Numbered from the whole stretch's first letter, positions 50,434-60,377 are shown. The stretch is 62,860 nucleotides of DNA, filler included, from a bacterium (GCA_030615855.1; 5 parts of 5 records of this genome joined end to end with filler, not necessarily neighbours in it); one strand, 5' to 3'. Notes: generated from the letters alone by a model not told the origin. Program-made: numbers and translations.

Positions 50434-51408
50434 TTAGGTGATTCCTTCTTTCAAGAGGTCCCTTTCATCAACGATGCCTATGGGACAATTATCCTCATCC
50501 ACTACTGGTATGTTATCAAACCCCTTCTCCTCCAAGATCCCCACTGCTTCCGTGGCCAGTTTATCCCTGGTAATAGTAGTGGGCTTCTTGGTCATAACGA
50601 GCGAGATCTTCTTTTCTAAAAGATCCTTATCCTTCTGCAATTTCCTTCGCAAATCTCCATCAGTAAAGAAACCTACTAACCTTCCTTCTCTATTAATAAC
50701 GCTTACCGCCCCCAGTCTGGTGGAGGTCATGACGAGCAGAGCCTCTTTCACTGTCTTATCCTCATCTATCAAGGGATTCTCTTCTTCCTTTCTCATAATA
50801 TCCTCAACCCGCAATAATAATTTCTTCCCCAAGGGTCCACCAGGATGGAGCAGAGCAAAGTCACTCTCCTTAAATCCTTTTCTACTCAGGAGAGAGATGG
50901 CTAGGGCATCGCCTAAAGCTAACATGGCGGTAGTTGAGGCGGTGGGTACCAAGTTGAAGGGACAAGCCTCTCTCTTTACTTTGACATTCAATACCACATC
51001 AGACTCCTTGGCTAAAGAGGAATTCGGATTCCCAGTCAAGGTAATGAGCTTTAGTCTTAATCTCTTGACCAAGGGTAGAATTCTTTTTATCTCTTCCGTC
51101 TCCCCGCTATAGGATAAGGCGAGGATGATATCCTCTTTCATGACCATCCCCATATCCCCATGCATCCCCTCTACCGGGTGGACGAAGAAGGCGCTTGTTC
51201 CGGTACTCGATAGGGTGCTGGCGATCTTTCTCCCAACGAGCCCGCTCTTTCCCATGCCCGTGACGATCACTCTTCCCTTACACCTACTGACTAGATCTAC
51301 CGCTTGAGAGAAGTTATCATCCAATTGCTTCATCAAATTCTTAATGGCCTCTGACTCTATCTCCAATACCTTCTTGGCATCCTCAATACTCATCCTACTC
51401 TCCTTCAT
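50434..51408 (-). CDS. kdsD: Arabinose-5-phosphate isomerase (SIS plus CBS)
   Basis: GMGKSG, HGDMG, EACP.NLVPTASTT and HPGG. Confidence 0.95.
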   Translation of the reverse strand: MKESRMSIEDAKKVLEIESEAIKNLMKQLDDNFSQAVDLVSRCKGRVIVTGMGKSGLVGRKIASTLSSTGTSAFFVHPVEGMHGDMGMVMKEDIILALSYSGETEEIKRILPLVKRLRLKLITLTGNPNSSLAKESDVVLNVKVKREACPFNLVPTASTTAMLALGDALAISLLSRKGFKESDFALLHPGGPLGKKLLLRVEDIMRKEEENPLIDEDKTVKEALLVMTSTRLGAVSVINREGRLVGFFTDGDLRRKLQKDKDLLEKKISLVMTKKPTTITRDKLATEAVGILEEKGFDNIPVVDEDNCPIGIVDERDLLKEGIT

Positions 51409-51411
51409 TTT

Positions 51412-51560
51412 ACATTGAACATTTTTGCTAACAGTTAATATTGGTTAATATTGGTTGCTTTCAAATCGTCCCTCGTCCCTCATCCTTCACCAATCCACCC
51501 AATCCAACTAATCCAACTAATTTACTACCCACTTTCCCACTTTCTCACTTTCTCACTTTC
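51412..51560. repeat. Mixed short tandem arrays
   Basis: (aatccaact) and (actttccc) units; same units at 52403-52635. Confidence 0.7.
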
Positions 51561-52374
51561 TCACTATCCTGTCTATTTCTTTCACCTCTTTTAAGAGTTT
51601 TGCTACTTCCTCTAGCCTCATCATGTTGGGACCATCGGATAACGCCTTATCTGGATCGGGATGGGCCTCAAGGAATAAGGCATCTACCCCACAGGCCACC
51701 GCTGCCCGAGCAAGATAGGGGATATAATCCCTATTTCCACCAGTTGCTATCTCCATTCCCCCGGGAAGTTGAACGCTATGTGTGGCATCGAAGACCACGG
51801 GATATCCCAAGGAACGCATGATGGGCAGGGATTTCATATCAACCACTAAATTATTGTAGCCGAAGGTGGTTCCCCTCTCTGTTAATAAAATATTCCTATT
51901 CCCTACGGATTCAATCTTCTCAACGACATTCTTCACATCCCAGGGGGCTAAGAACTGACCCTTCTTGACATTCACCGGCTTTCCTGCCTTGGCCACTGCC
52001 AGAACGAAGTCTGTCTGGCGGCATAAGAAAGCCGGGATCTGTAAGATATCTGCTATCTTACTGACCGCGGGCACCTGTTCTCTCTCATGGACATCGATTA
52101 AGAGGGAAATGTTCAACTCTTTTTTTATCTTTTCTAAGATTTCAAGACCCTTTTTTGGGCCTGGGCCACGGTAGGACTTTATCGATGTCCGATTCGCCTT
52201 ATCATAGGAGGATTTAAAGATAAAGGGCATTCTTAATTCGCTGGTAATCTCTTTTAGTCTCCTTGCCGTTTGAAAGGTCTGCTCCCCTGTTTCGATAACA
52301 CAGGGCCCAGCGATCAAAACCAGTGGATTATTTCCACCAATCCTGATATTCCTTACCCTTACTTCCTTAACCAT
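51553..52374 (-). CDS. kdsA: KDO-8-phosphate synthase
   Basis: IAGPCVIE, SYDKANRTS, QIPAFLCRQT and DATHSVQ. Confidence 0.97.
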   Translation of the reverse strand: MVKEVRVRNIRIGGNNPLVLIAGPCVIETGEQTFQTARRLKEITSELRMPFIFKSSYDKANRTSIKSYRGPGPKKGLEILEKIKKELNISLLIDVHEREQVPAVSKIADILQIPAFLCRQTDFVLAVAKAGKPVNVKKGQFLAPWDVKNVVEKIESVGNRNILLTERGTTFGYNNLVVDMKSLPIMRSLGYPVVFDATHSVQLPGGMEIATGGNRDYIPYLARAAVACGVDALFLEAHPDPDKALSDGPNMMRLEEVAKLLKEVKEIDRIVRK

Positions 52375-52402
52375 TTTTCCCCTCTCTTTCTCACTTCCAT
52401 TT

Positions 52403-52635
52403 TACATTGAGCATTGAACAACGAACAATGAAATCTGAAACCTGTAGTGAAATTAGAAATCTGAAATCAGTATTCCGTTTTTACTACCAATCCACCTAAT
52501 CCACCTAATCTACTATCTACTTTCTAACTTTCTAACTTTCCCACCTGCCCATCTGTTCACTTTCCCACTTTCCCACTTTCACATTTTGCATTGCTAATTT
52601 TGCATTTTTCATTGATCACCGATTACCGATTACTG
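52403..52635. repeat. Mosaic of 7-9-mer arrays between kdsB and kdsA
   Basis: tgaacaa, aatccacct, actttccc, ttttgca and ccgatta units. Confidence 0.75.
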
Positions 52636-52858
52636 TTTTTGAAAAAGGGCTTTTACCCTTTCTAAATCCCCTGGGGTATCGACACCAATGGAATCATACT
52701 CTGTCTCCACAACCTTTATTCTATATCCACTCTCCAGAACGCGCAACTGTTCCAGGCCCTCTATTTTTTCTAAAGGACTTGGCTCTAATTGAACGAGTTT
52801 CGCTAGAAACTCTTTTCTATAGATGTAGAGACCAATGTGTTTGTAAAACGGTAAGAAG
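52630..52858 (-). CDS. kdsB: CMP-KDO synthetase, 3' fragment
   Basis: Manual translation HIGLYIYR...[16 protein letters not shown]...GVDTP.DL. Confidence 0.93.
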
Positions 52859-52958
52859 NNNNNNNNNNNNNNNNNNNNNNNNNNNNNNNNNNNNNNNNNN
52901 NNTTAATTAATTAANNNNNNNNNNNNNNNNNNNNNNNNNNNNNNNNNNNNNNNNNNNN

Positions 52959-53780
52959 TGGAGGGTGGGACCCCCCTGGTACCAGCCCTTTGCTGACATC
53001 TTGAAGCTCTTAAGTAAAGAGACCATATTACCAGAAGGGAGCAGGAGAACCGGTTTCTTAGTCGCACCCTTAATTGGGCTGACTGGTGCAATCCTGGTCT
53101 CTACTATGCTCTGGAGATTGAACCTTGCTCCTGAAGTGACCTTCATTGGAGATCTGATCGTAGTTCTCTACCTCCTCATCCTCCCTTCTTTGGCGGTAAT
53201 CATCGGCGGCTCTGCCTCTGCCAACCCTTTAGGGGCTACCGGGGCCAGCCGAGAGATGAAATTGGTCCTGGCCTATGAGCTACCTTTCTTGATCGCTATG
53301 TTCACTGCCGTGGTAAGTGCAGGGGGGAGCATTAAGATTGGAGAGATCCTAAATTATCAAGCGGCTAACGGTCTTATCTTGGGCAGTCTCTCCGGGGCAA
53401 TGGCCTTTATCGTCTCTTTACTCTGCATTCAGGCGAAGTTGACCTTCATTCCCTTTGACATCCCGGAGGCAGAGACGGAGATCATGGCTGGCCCACATAT
53501 CGAATACTCTGGGCCGGCCTTGGCAGCCTTCAAGTTGACCCGGGCCATGATGCTCTTCGTCCTACCCGTCTTTCTCATCACCATCTTCTGGAGAGGACTC
53601 TCCTTTTCGGGAATGAATGCCCTATGGACTATTCTCAAGTATCTCGCTATTTTAGTTATTATTATTTTAATAAAGAATACCAATCCCCGCGTAAGGATCG
53701 ACCAAGCTCTGAAATTTTTCTGGTTCCCGGTAACAGGATTGGCTATTCTGGGGATGATTCTGGCCCTTTTTGGAAAATAA
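52959..53780 (+). CDS. NuoH/HycD-like hydrogenase membrane subunit (5' end is at window 1-246, minus strand)
   Basis: PFDIPEAETEI.AG..IEYSG, PRVRIDQ; joined ORF is 308 aa. Confidence 0.92.
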   Translation, partial: WRVGPPWYQPFADILKLLSKETILPEGSRRTGFLVAPLIGLTGAILVSTMLWRLNLAPEVTFIGDLIVVLYLLILPSLAVIIGGSASANPLGATGASREMKLVLAYELPFLIAMFTAVVSAGGSIKIGEILNYQAANGLILGSLSGAMAFIVSLLCIQAKLTFIPFDIPEAETEIMAGPHIEYSGPALAAFKLTRAMMLFVLPVFLITIFWRGLSFSGMNALWTILKYLAILVIIILIKNTNPRVRIDQALKFFWFPVTGLAILGMILALFGK

Positions 53781-53798
53781 ACTAAGGAGGAGGAGAAG

Positions 53799-54536
53799 AT
53801 GCATATTCCAGATGGGTTTCTATCGAGAAATATCTGCGGAGCAATGGGAATGGTTGCTCTGGCAGTGATTAGCTATTGTATCCGAAGGGCTCGGGCAATG
53901 CTCTTTGAGAAAGTAAAGGTTCTAAAGACAAAATTAGTTACTGCCCAAGGGCCGGGCGTGGGAAAATACTCTACTAAGAGTATCTTGAGCGCTCTGGGCA
54001 GAAAGAAGGCATCCTTGATGGGAGTAGTGGGAGGATTTGTCTTCGCCGCTCAGATGCTCAACTTTCCTGTCAAGTATGGAACGAGTGGCCATCTGGTAGG
54101 TGGAGTACTAGCCGCTATTTTATTGGGGCCTTTTGAGGCAGCGATAGTAATGACCATCATTTTGGCCGTTCAGGCCTTCCTCTTCGCAGATGGTGGGATC
54201 TTCGCCTTAGGGGCAAACATATTCAATATGGGAATCCTTGCTACCGTGGGAGGATACTATCTTTATTATTTCCTAAAGAAAATTCTGTCTGGAAAGAGAG
54301 GGATGCTATTTTCTGCCTTTATTGCTGCCTGGCTCTCTGTGGTATCAGCTTCCATTGCCTGCTCTTTTGAGTTAGGATTTAGCAGGACCTATCCCTTATC
54401 CCGAACCTTGCCCGCTATGGTCAATCTCCATATCTTGATCGGCCTCTGCGAGGCCTTGATTACCGTTGGAATATTAACTCTCCTCTTAAAAGTTAAGCCG
54501 GAACTACTCAAAGAGGAGGTGGGAGATGAGACTTAA
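53799..54536 (+). CDS. CbiM/NikM ECF substrate-binding component (Ni/Co)
   Basis: MHIPDGFL N-terminus, AAQMLNFP..GTSGHL.G and QA..FADGG..ALGAN. Confidence 0.92.
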   Translation: MHIPDGFLSRNICGAMGMVALAVISYCIRRARAMLFEKVKVLKTKLVTAQGPGVGKYSTKSILSALGRKKASLMGVVGGFVFAAQMLNFPVKYGTSGHLVGGVLAAILLGPFEAAIVMTIILAVQAFLFADGGIFALGANIFNMGILATVGGYYLYYFLKKILSGKRGMLFSAFIAAWLSVVSASIACSFELGFSRTYPLSRTLPAMVNLHILIGLCEALITVGILTLLLKVKPELLKEEVGDET

Positions 54537-54813
54537 GTGGTATCATCTGGGGTTGATTATCTCTTTACTTTTAGCCGGGTTTCTATCTCCCTTTGCTTCC
54601 TCTCTTCCCGATGGCCTGGAAAAGGTGGCAGAGGATTTGGGTTTTATAGAAAAGGGGAAGGTTATCCTCTCCTCACCCCTGGCTGACTATCTCTTTCCCG
54701 GAATAGAGAGTGAGAGATTAGCTACCTCCTTAGCCGGAATAATCGGGGTATTATTAGTGTCTGGTTTGGCCTGGAAATTGGAGAGACTTCTTATTAAGGG
54801 AATAAAGGAATGA
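54526..54813 (+). CDS. PDGLE-domain protein (NikN/CbiN-like)
   Basis: ASSLPDGLEKVA, PLADY, two TM helices. Confidence 0.9.
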   Translation: MRLKWYHLGLIISLLLAGFLSPFASSLPDGLEKVAEDLGFIEKGKVILSSPLADYLFPGIESERLATSLAGIIGVLLVSGLAWKLERLLIKGIKE

Positions 54814-55063
54814 ATCCCGCCCCTCTTTCCTTAAACCGACAAAATAATTCTATAGAAAGTTCAAATATCTTTCTCGAGGTATCGGAATTTGAATAAATTC
54901 CGATACCGAGGATTAGAAGGTCTGGGGGAAAGAATCTGCTTACTCCCAGGGGGTGACAGGGAATTTTTCCGAACTATTGCAGGAAAAATTCCCGCCAGAG
55001 GGGCAAAGCCCCTATGGAAGTATTCCCGAAGGGGATATCTTGGGCAAGGAGGGGCGGGATGAA
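54810..55063. mobile_element. TIR element at the PDGLE / small-subunit junction with a hairpin-rich interior
   Basis: atgaatcccgcccctc...gaggggcgggatgaa. Confidence 0.72.
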
Positions 55064-55475
55064 ACTAAAGGATTGGGCCTTTAAAAAATCCCCCTGGATA
55101 TTCCATCTCGGCGCCGGCTCCTGTAACAACTGCGACATCGAGCTTTTAGACTGTATCACACCGAAGTTCGATGTGGAGAGGTTTGGAATTCTACTGGTGG
55201 GTAGCCCGAGACATGCCGATTGCCTGGTAATCACTGGAATTGTCACCAAGAAGGTTCTCCCCAGACTCAAGAGAGTCTATAAGCAGACCCCAGATCCAAA
55301 GATAGTTATCGCTGTGGGTGCTTGTGCCTGTTCTGGGGGAATCTTTCGGGATGGTTACAATATGGCGGGACCAGTGGATAGGGTTATTCCCGTAGATGTC
55401 TATATCCCGGGTTGCCCTCCCAAGCCAGAGGCCATTATCTCAGGAATAGTTAAGGCTTTGGGGGACATGAAATGA
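55059..55475 (+). CDS. Group 4 [NiFe]-hydrogenase small subunit (NuoB-like)
   Basis: GSCNNCDIE, SPRHAD, VGACA.SGG.F and YIPGCPP; start trimmed to MKLKDW. Confidence 0.93.
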   Translation: MKLKDWAFKKSPWIFHLGAGSCNNCDIELLDCITPKFDVERFGILLVGSPRHADCLVITGIVTKKVLPRLKRVYKQTPDPKIVIAVGACACSGGIFRDGYNMAGPVDRVIPVDVYIPGCPPKPEAIISGIVKALGDMK

Positions 55476-55903
55476 AAGAGGATGTAGTCAAAGAGATTAA
55501 GAAAAAGTTTTCTGAAGGAATAAAAGATTTTCAAGAGAAATCAAAGAAGAGGGTATACTTTACCATTGATAAGAAGGATCTCTTAGGGGTGATAGAATAT
55601 CTCTTTAATAATCTTGAAGCACGTTTTATCACCGAGACTGGTCTAGATACTCGAGCAGGAATAGAGATTTTGTATCACTTCTCCTTTGATGAATTAGATA
55701 AGATAGTTACTATTCGTACTCTGTTAGATCGGAAGAAACCAGAAGTAGAATCTGTCGTTTCCATTATCAAAGGCGCAGAGTGGATTGAAAGGGAAATATA
55801 CGATATCCTGGGAGTGAGGTTCAAGAATCATCCCAACCTGAAGAGGTTCATCCTGGCCGAGGATTGGCCCAAGGGAAAGTATCCTTATCGGAAGGTGAAA
55901 TAG
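55472..55903 (+). CDS. NuoC-like hydrogenase subunit
   Basis: ILYHF, A.WIEREI.D.LG..F..HPN. Confidence 0.9.
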   Translation: MKEDVVKEIKKKFSEGIKDFQEKSKKRVYFTIDKKDLLGVIEYLFNNLEARFITETGLDTRAGIEILYHFSFDELDKIVTIRTLLDRKKPEVESVVSIIKGAEWIEREIYDILGVRFKNHPNLKRFILAEDWPKGKYPYRKVK

Positions 55904-57106
55904 ATGGCAGAGAAGAAAAGGACCATAATTCCTATCGGTCCCTACCATCCCCTGCAAGAGGAGCCAGAGTTCTTCCTCCTGGGAGTAGAAGGGGAGAAGG
56001 TAGTGGACATCGAATGGAAGACAGGATATAACCATCGGGGGATAGAGAGGATAGCTGAGACCAAGTCCTATGACCAGGTTACTTTCCTGGTGGAGAGGGT
56101 CTGCGGAATCTGTTCTACCTCTCACCCCATAGCCTACTGCAATGCCATGGAGGATTTGGCGGGTATCGAGATCCCGGAGAGGGCAAAGTATATCCGGAGC
56201 ATTATTGCTGAACTGGAGAGGATCCATAGCCATCTCCTCTGGGTGGGATTGGCCGGACACTTCTTAGGTTACAATACGGTCTGGATGTGGTCCTGGAAGT
56301 ATCGGGAACCGGTCCTGGATATCATGGAGGCCATAAGCGGTAACCGGCAGAACTATGCCATGCTGAAGATAGGAGGGGTGAGGAGGGACATCGAGGAGAG
56401 TGACATCCCAAAGATTCTAAAGATGGTGGAAAAGCTAGTTCCTAACTTAGATCTCTTGACTGGTGCGATAACCGATGATCCAGTACTCCATGTTCGATTG
56501 AAGGGAGTAGGAATTCTGACCAAAGAGGAGGCCCGGAACTATGGGGCAACCGGACCCACTGCCCGGGCAAGTGGACTTCCCTTTGATGCGCGCCGGGATT
56601 CTCCCTACGCTGCCTATGATTTAGTGGACTGGAAGGTCATTACCCGCCAGGAGGGGGATGTCTTCGCCAAGGTAGTGGTAAGATTACTGGAGATGTACGA
56701 GTCGGTGAAGATCATCAAAGAGTGCCTGATGAGATTGAGAAAGGTAAAGACAGAAATCGCCATTAAGGTGGAGGAGATTCCTCCTGGAGAGGGGATCGGC
56801 CATCCCGAAGCACCCCGGGGAGAGGTATTTCACTATATCCGCTCAGACGGAACCAATCGGCCAGTGCGGCATAAGATAAGGGCGCCCAGTTTTTGTAATG
56901 TCCCCACCTTCCGGGCCACGGTCATAGGAGAGACGATATCCGATGCCACCATAATATTGGCTGCAGTAGACCCCTGCTATTGCTGTACCGAGAGGATGGC
57001 GGTGGTGGATAAGAGAACGGGAAAGAAGGAAATGAATGGTTTCGATCTCATTAGGCTATCTCAAGAGAAGACTAAGGATTTGAGAAGAAAGATGTTGGGG
57101 AAATGA
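55904..57106 (+). CDS. Group 4 [NiFe]-hydrogenase large subunit
   Basis: GPYHP, L1 RVCGIC, EAPRGE, L2 DPCYCCTER plus a C-terminal extension. Confidence 0.92.
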   Translation: MAEKKRTIIPIGPYHPLQEEPEFFLLGVEGEKVVDIEWKTGYNHRGIERIAETKSYDQVTFLVERVCGICSTSHPIAYCNAMEDLAGIEIPERAKYIRSIIAELERIHSHLLWVGLAGHFLGYNTVWMWSWKYREPVLDIMEAISGNRQNYAMLKIGGVRRDIEESDIPKILKMVEKLVPNLDLLTGAITDDPVLHVRLKGVGILTKEEARNYGATGPTARASGLPFDARRDSPYAAYDLVDWKVITRQEGDVFAKVVVRLLEMYESVKIIKECLMRLRKVKTEIAIKVEEIPPGEGIGHPEAPRGEVFHYIRSDGTNRPVRHKIRAPSFCNVPTFRATVIGETISDATIILAAVDPCYCCTERMAVVDKRTGKKEMNGFDLIRLSQEKTKDLRRKMLGK

Positions 57107-58908
57107 ACGCGCTCCTTTATCCTATAGTTTTACCTTTGGTAGCTGGTACTATATCTTTTATCATCCCTAAAAAGCGAAAAGCTTATCTTTACCTGTTAGC
57201 CTTTGCCACATCCTTAGCCACCCTTCTGGTGGCTATTTATCTATTCATGAATCGACCATTATCCTGGCAACTGAATGACTTCACCATTTTAAGGGTGGAC
57301 AGTCTTTCCAGCTTCATACTGCTGGCCATCGCTCTCTTTGGTTTCCTCATCATCCTCTATTCCCTTCGCTATATGGGAGAGAAGCAGGGATTAAAAGTAT
57401 ATTATGCTAATCTATTATGGACCATTGGAGCGGCCTGCGGAGTAGTCCTATCAAATAATCTGATTCTTTTCTTAACATTTTGGGGATTCTTGGGGATTAC
57501 TCTATATCTTCTCATAAATCTTGGGGGGGAAGAAGCGGCTTATGCCGCGAAGAAGACCTTCATTATTATTGGCGGCTCAGACGCTTTAATACTCCTGGGC
57601 ATAGCAATCATCTGGCAACTTACCGGGTCTTTCCAGATGGACGGAATAAGTATATCTTTAAATGGAGGATTGCCCCTCCTGGCCTATCTCTCTTTGGCCA
57701 TAGGGGCCTTTGCCAAGGCAGGGGCCATGCCCTTTCACACCTGGATTCCTGATATGGCCGAGAGCGCACCGGTCTCAGTCACCGCATTCCTGCCGGCATC
57801 ATTGGATAAGTTGTTGGGTATCTATCTCTTGGCCAGGATCTCATTAAATCTCTTTATAATGAATAAGGCCCTGGGTTTGGTTTTATTAATAGTTGGGGCA
57901 GTAACCATTATTGCTGCAGTGATGATGGCCTTGATCCAGCACGACTTGAAGAGACTCCTCTCTTACCATGCAGTATCCCAAGTGGGTTATATGGTTTTAG
58001 GTATTGGAACAGGCAACCCGATAGGCATTGCTGGTGGTTTATTCCACATGTTGAATCATGCTATCTATAAAGGCTGTCTTTTCTTATGTGGTGGCGGCGT
58101 AGAACATCAAACAAGAACCTCGAACCTAAATAAATTGGGTGGATTAGCCAAGGCCATGCCCATTACCTTCGTTACCTGCCTAATAGCCGCCCTATCCATA
58201 TCTGGCATTCCTCCCTTCAATGGCTTCGTCTCCAAGTGGATGGTCTATCAGGGTGTGATTGAACTTGGGAAGACTGGGGATAGACTATGGGTTATATGGC
58301 TAATAGCCGCTATGTTTGGTTCTGCCTTGACTTTAGCCAGCTTTATGAAGTTAATTCACGCTATATTCTTAGGCCAACGAGCTAAAGAATTAGCAGGCAA
58401 ACGAATCACTGAAGTCCCCTGGACCATGTGGCTTCCTATGGTGATTTTAGCTGGTCTCTGCATTCTTTTTGGGGTATTCGCTATATCAGTGCCCCTAAGA
58501 CATTTTATCCTTCCTGCGGTAGAAGGCGTCTCATTCTTAGGGTTCTGGTCACCAGCCTTAGCCACCCTTTTGATCATCATAGGCATCATAATTGGGCTCA
58601 TTCTTTATGGTATAAGTAACTTGAGACTGAATTTAAGGAGGGACACCAGTTTTATCGGAGGGGAAGTAATCCCTGATGAATATCGAGTTAGCGGGGTTGA
58701 TTTCTATAATACGGTAAAGGAACTTTCACCCCTCAAAGGGATCTACAAAAAGGCAGAAGATAAATTCTTCGATATCTATGACCAAGGCAAAAGACTCACC
58801 CTCTTCTTTACCCGTCGACTTCAACATTTACATAGTGGGATACTTCCCACATATTTGGTCTGGTGCTTAGTGGGAATGCTCGTCCTATTCTTCGTTTTAA
58901 TGAGGTAA
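57103..58908 (+). CDS. Antiporter-like proton-pumping subunit (HyfB/MrpD/NuoL family)
   Basis: KAGAMPFHTWIP, KRLLSYHAVSQVGY, NHAIYK and GIPPFNGFVSK. Confidence 0.9.
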   Translation: MNALLYPIVLPLVAGTISFIIPKKRKAYLYLLAFATSLATLLVAIYLFMNRPLSWQLNDFTILRVDSLSSFILLAIALFGFLIILYSLRYMGEKQGLKVYYANLLWTIGAACGVVLSNNLILFLTFWGFLGITLYLLINLGGEEAAYAAKKTFIIIGGSDALILLGIAIIWQLTGSFQMDGISISLNGGLPLLAYLSLAIGAFAKAGAMPFHTWIPDMAESAPVSVTAFLPASLDKLLGIYLLARISLNLFIMNKALGLVLLIVGAVTIIAAVMMALIQHDLKRLLSYHAVSQVGYMVLGIGTGNPIGIAGGLFHMLNHAIYKGCLFLCGGGVEHQTRTSNLNKLGGLAKAMPITFVTCLIAALSISGIPPFNGFVSKWMVYQGVIELGKTGDRLWVIWLIAAMFGSALTLASFMKLIHAIFLGQRAKELAGKRITEVPWTMWLPMVILAGLCILFGVFAISVPLRHFILPAVEGVSFLGFWSPALATLLIIIGIIIGLILYGISNLRLNLRRDTSFIGGEVIPDEYRVSGVDFYNTVKELSPLKGIYKKAEDKFFDIYDQGKRLTLFFTRRLQHLHSGILPTYLVWCLVGMLVLFFVLMR

Positions 58909-58912
58909 CTAA

Positions 58913-59437
58913 ATGCTTGAACTGTATATCCTTTCATTGCTCATGATTATAGGTGCCATAATTGCCGTAGAGATTAAGGATCTATTATCCTCAGTCATTG
59001 CTGTAGGTGCCGTGGGATTAGTGCTATCAGTTACCTTCCTTATATTAAAGGCGCCAGATTTAGCCATTACTCAGTTAGTAGTAGAGCTTTTATGTCTAAT
59101 TATTTTGATTCAGGCAACAATTAAGAGAGGTATTCCGCGGGTTATAAGCAGACAGAGTTTTCTTACTATATTTGTGACCTTAACCTTTATTGGTCTATTT
59201 TTAGCATTTGCTTATTCTTCCTTAAGAGACCTACCCCAGTTTGGCCATCCCATAATGAGGGTGGCTAACCATTACTTAGAAGAGGGCTTAAATAAAACCG
59301 GAGCAACCAATCTGGTGGCTTCAGTGATCTTAGATTTTCGTGCTTATGACACCTTGGGTGAGGCAACAGTACTCTTTACCGCAGTGATTGGAGTCCTGGC
59401 AGTTTTGAGAAAAATCGGAAGGAAGAAAACCCCATGA
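58913..59437 (+). CDS. MbhD/MbhE-like (DUF4040 plus MrpA C-terminal) subunit
   Basis: APDLAITQ, NLVASVILDFRAYDTLGE. Confidence 0.88.
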   Translation: MLELYILSLLMIIGAIIAVEIKDLLSSVIAVGAVGLVLSVTFLILKAPDLAITQLVVELLCLIILIQATIKRGIPRVISRQSFLTIFVTLTFIGLFLAFAYSSLRDLPQFGHPIMRVANHYLEEGLNKTGATNLVASVILDFRAYDTLGEATVLFTAVIGVLAVLRKIGRKKTP

Positions 59438-59901
59438 GACAAAAAAATCTGCGTAATCAGCGATCAGGAATGACACTAATTGTAAAGACAATTACCCGTC
59501 TAACCATCGGACTAATTCTTTTGTTCGGCATCTATATCGTCCTGCACGGACATATTACACCCGGGGGTGGCTTTGCTGGAGGAGTAATTATCGCTTTATC
59601 CTTTATTCATCTGATGCTTGCTTTTGGAAAGGATCTGGCTCTGAAGAAGTTAAGCGAGGTTCAGGCTTCTTTCTTTGAGAGCCTGGGTGCCATTATGTTT
59701 TTGACTATTGCTATTCTGGGTTTTGTGGGTGGATACTTCTTCCTCAATTTCTTCTCAGATAAAGGAGAGCCCTTTAGACTCTTTAGCGCCGGGATTATTC
59801 CTTTATGTAATGTCGCCATATGTTTTAAGGTGGGAGCGGGATTATTTGCCATCTTTGCAGCTCTGGTCTTCCTAAAGATAGGTTCAGGAGAGGAGAAATG
59901 A
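59434..59901 (+). CDS. MrpB/MnhB (MbhF-like) subunit (start possibly 59470)
   Basis: HGHITPGGGFAGG. Confidence 0.9.
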   Translation: MRQKNLRNQRSGMTLIVKTITRLTIGLILLFGIYIVLHGHITPGGGFAGGVIIALSFIHLMLAFGKDLALKKLSEVQASFFESLGAIMFLTIAILGFVGGYFFLNFFSDKGEPFRLFSAGIIPLCNVAICFKVGAGLFAIFAALVFLKIGSGEEK

Positions 59902-60236
59902 TAATCTACTTCATGTGCCTGATTCTTTTCTGTGTTGGTCTATACGCTATTTTGGTAAAGAGGAACCTCATTAAGATTATCATTGGCATAATAATAACCG
60001 AATATGCAGTTAACTTATTCTTTATCTTAGTTGCCTACCGCTCGAAAGGTCGGGCACCGATATTAGCACCAGATCAGATAGTCAAGAATATGGTCGATCC
60101 CCTGCCTCAAGCGCTGGTCTTAACTGCCATTGTTATCGGCCTGGCCGTGACTGCCTTGATAGTCTCCATTGCGGTAAGAGTCTATGAAAAATATGGTACT
60201 TTTGATATTACCAAAATTAGGAGATTAAAAGGATGA
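59898..60236 (+). CDS. MrpC/MnhC (MbhG-like) subunit
   Basis: RNLIKIIIG, DPLPQALVLTAIVIG. Confidence 0.92.
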   Translation: MIIYFMCLILFCVGLYAILVKRNLIKIIIGIIITEYAVNLFFILVAYRSKGRAPILAPDQIVKNMVDPLPQALVLTAIVIGLAVTALIVSIAVRVYEKYGTFDITKIRRLKG

Positions 60237-60377
60237 ACCTATTGCCCCTCTTCGTGGCTATACCATTGGGTACTGCATTTCTGGTCTCTCTTTTTGGAAA
60301 AAGAGTAAAGAATTTTTCTGATTCTTTATCCAATTTAGCCACCCTTTCCTTACTTCTCCTTTCTTTATTTTCCATAT
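60233..60377 (+). CDS. Probable MrpD/MbhH subunit, 5' fragment
   Basis: Hydrophobic start LLPLFVAIPL..AF, coupled to mrpC; truncated by the gap. Confidence 0.6.

Noticed and set aside
54814-55058. Cobalamin or NiCo riboswitch next to cbiM
   Set aside because: No B12 box or NiCo consensus seen, and it lies downstream of cbiM inside a TIR element.
55904-57106. Complex I NuoD or Mbx/Ehr-type subunit lacking a NiFe site
   Set aside because: Both CxxC motifs are intact.
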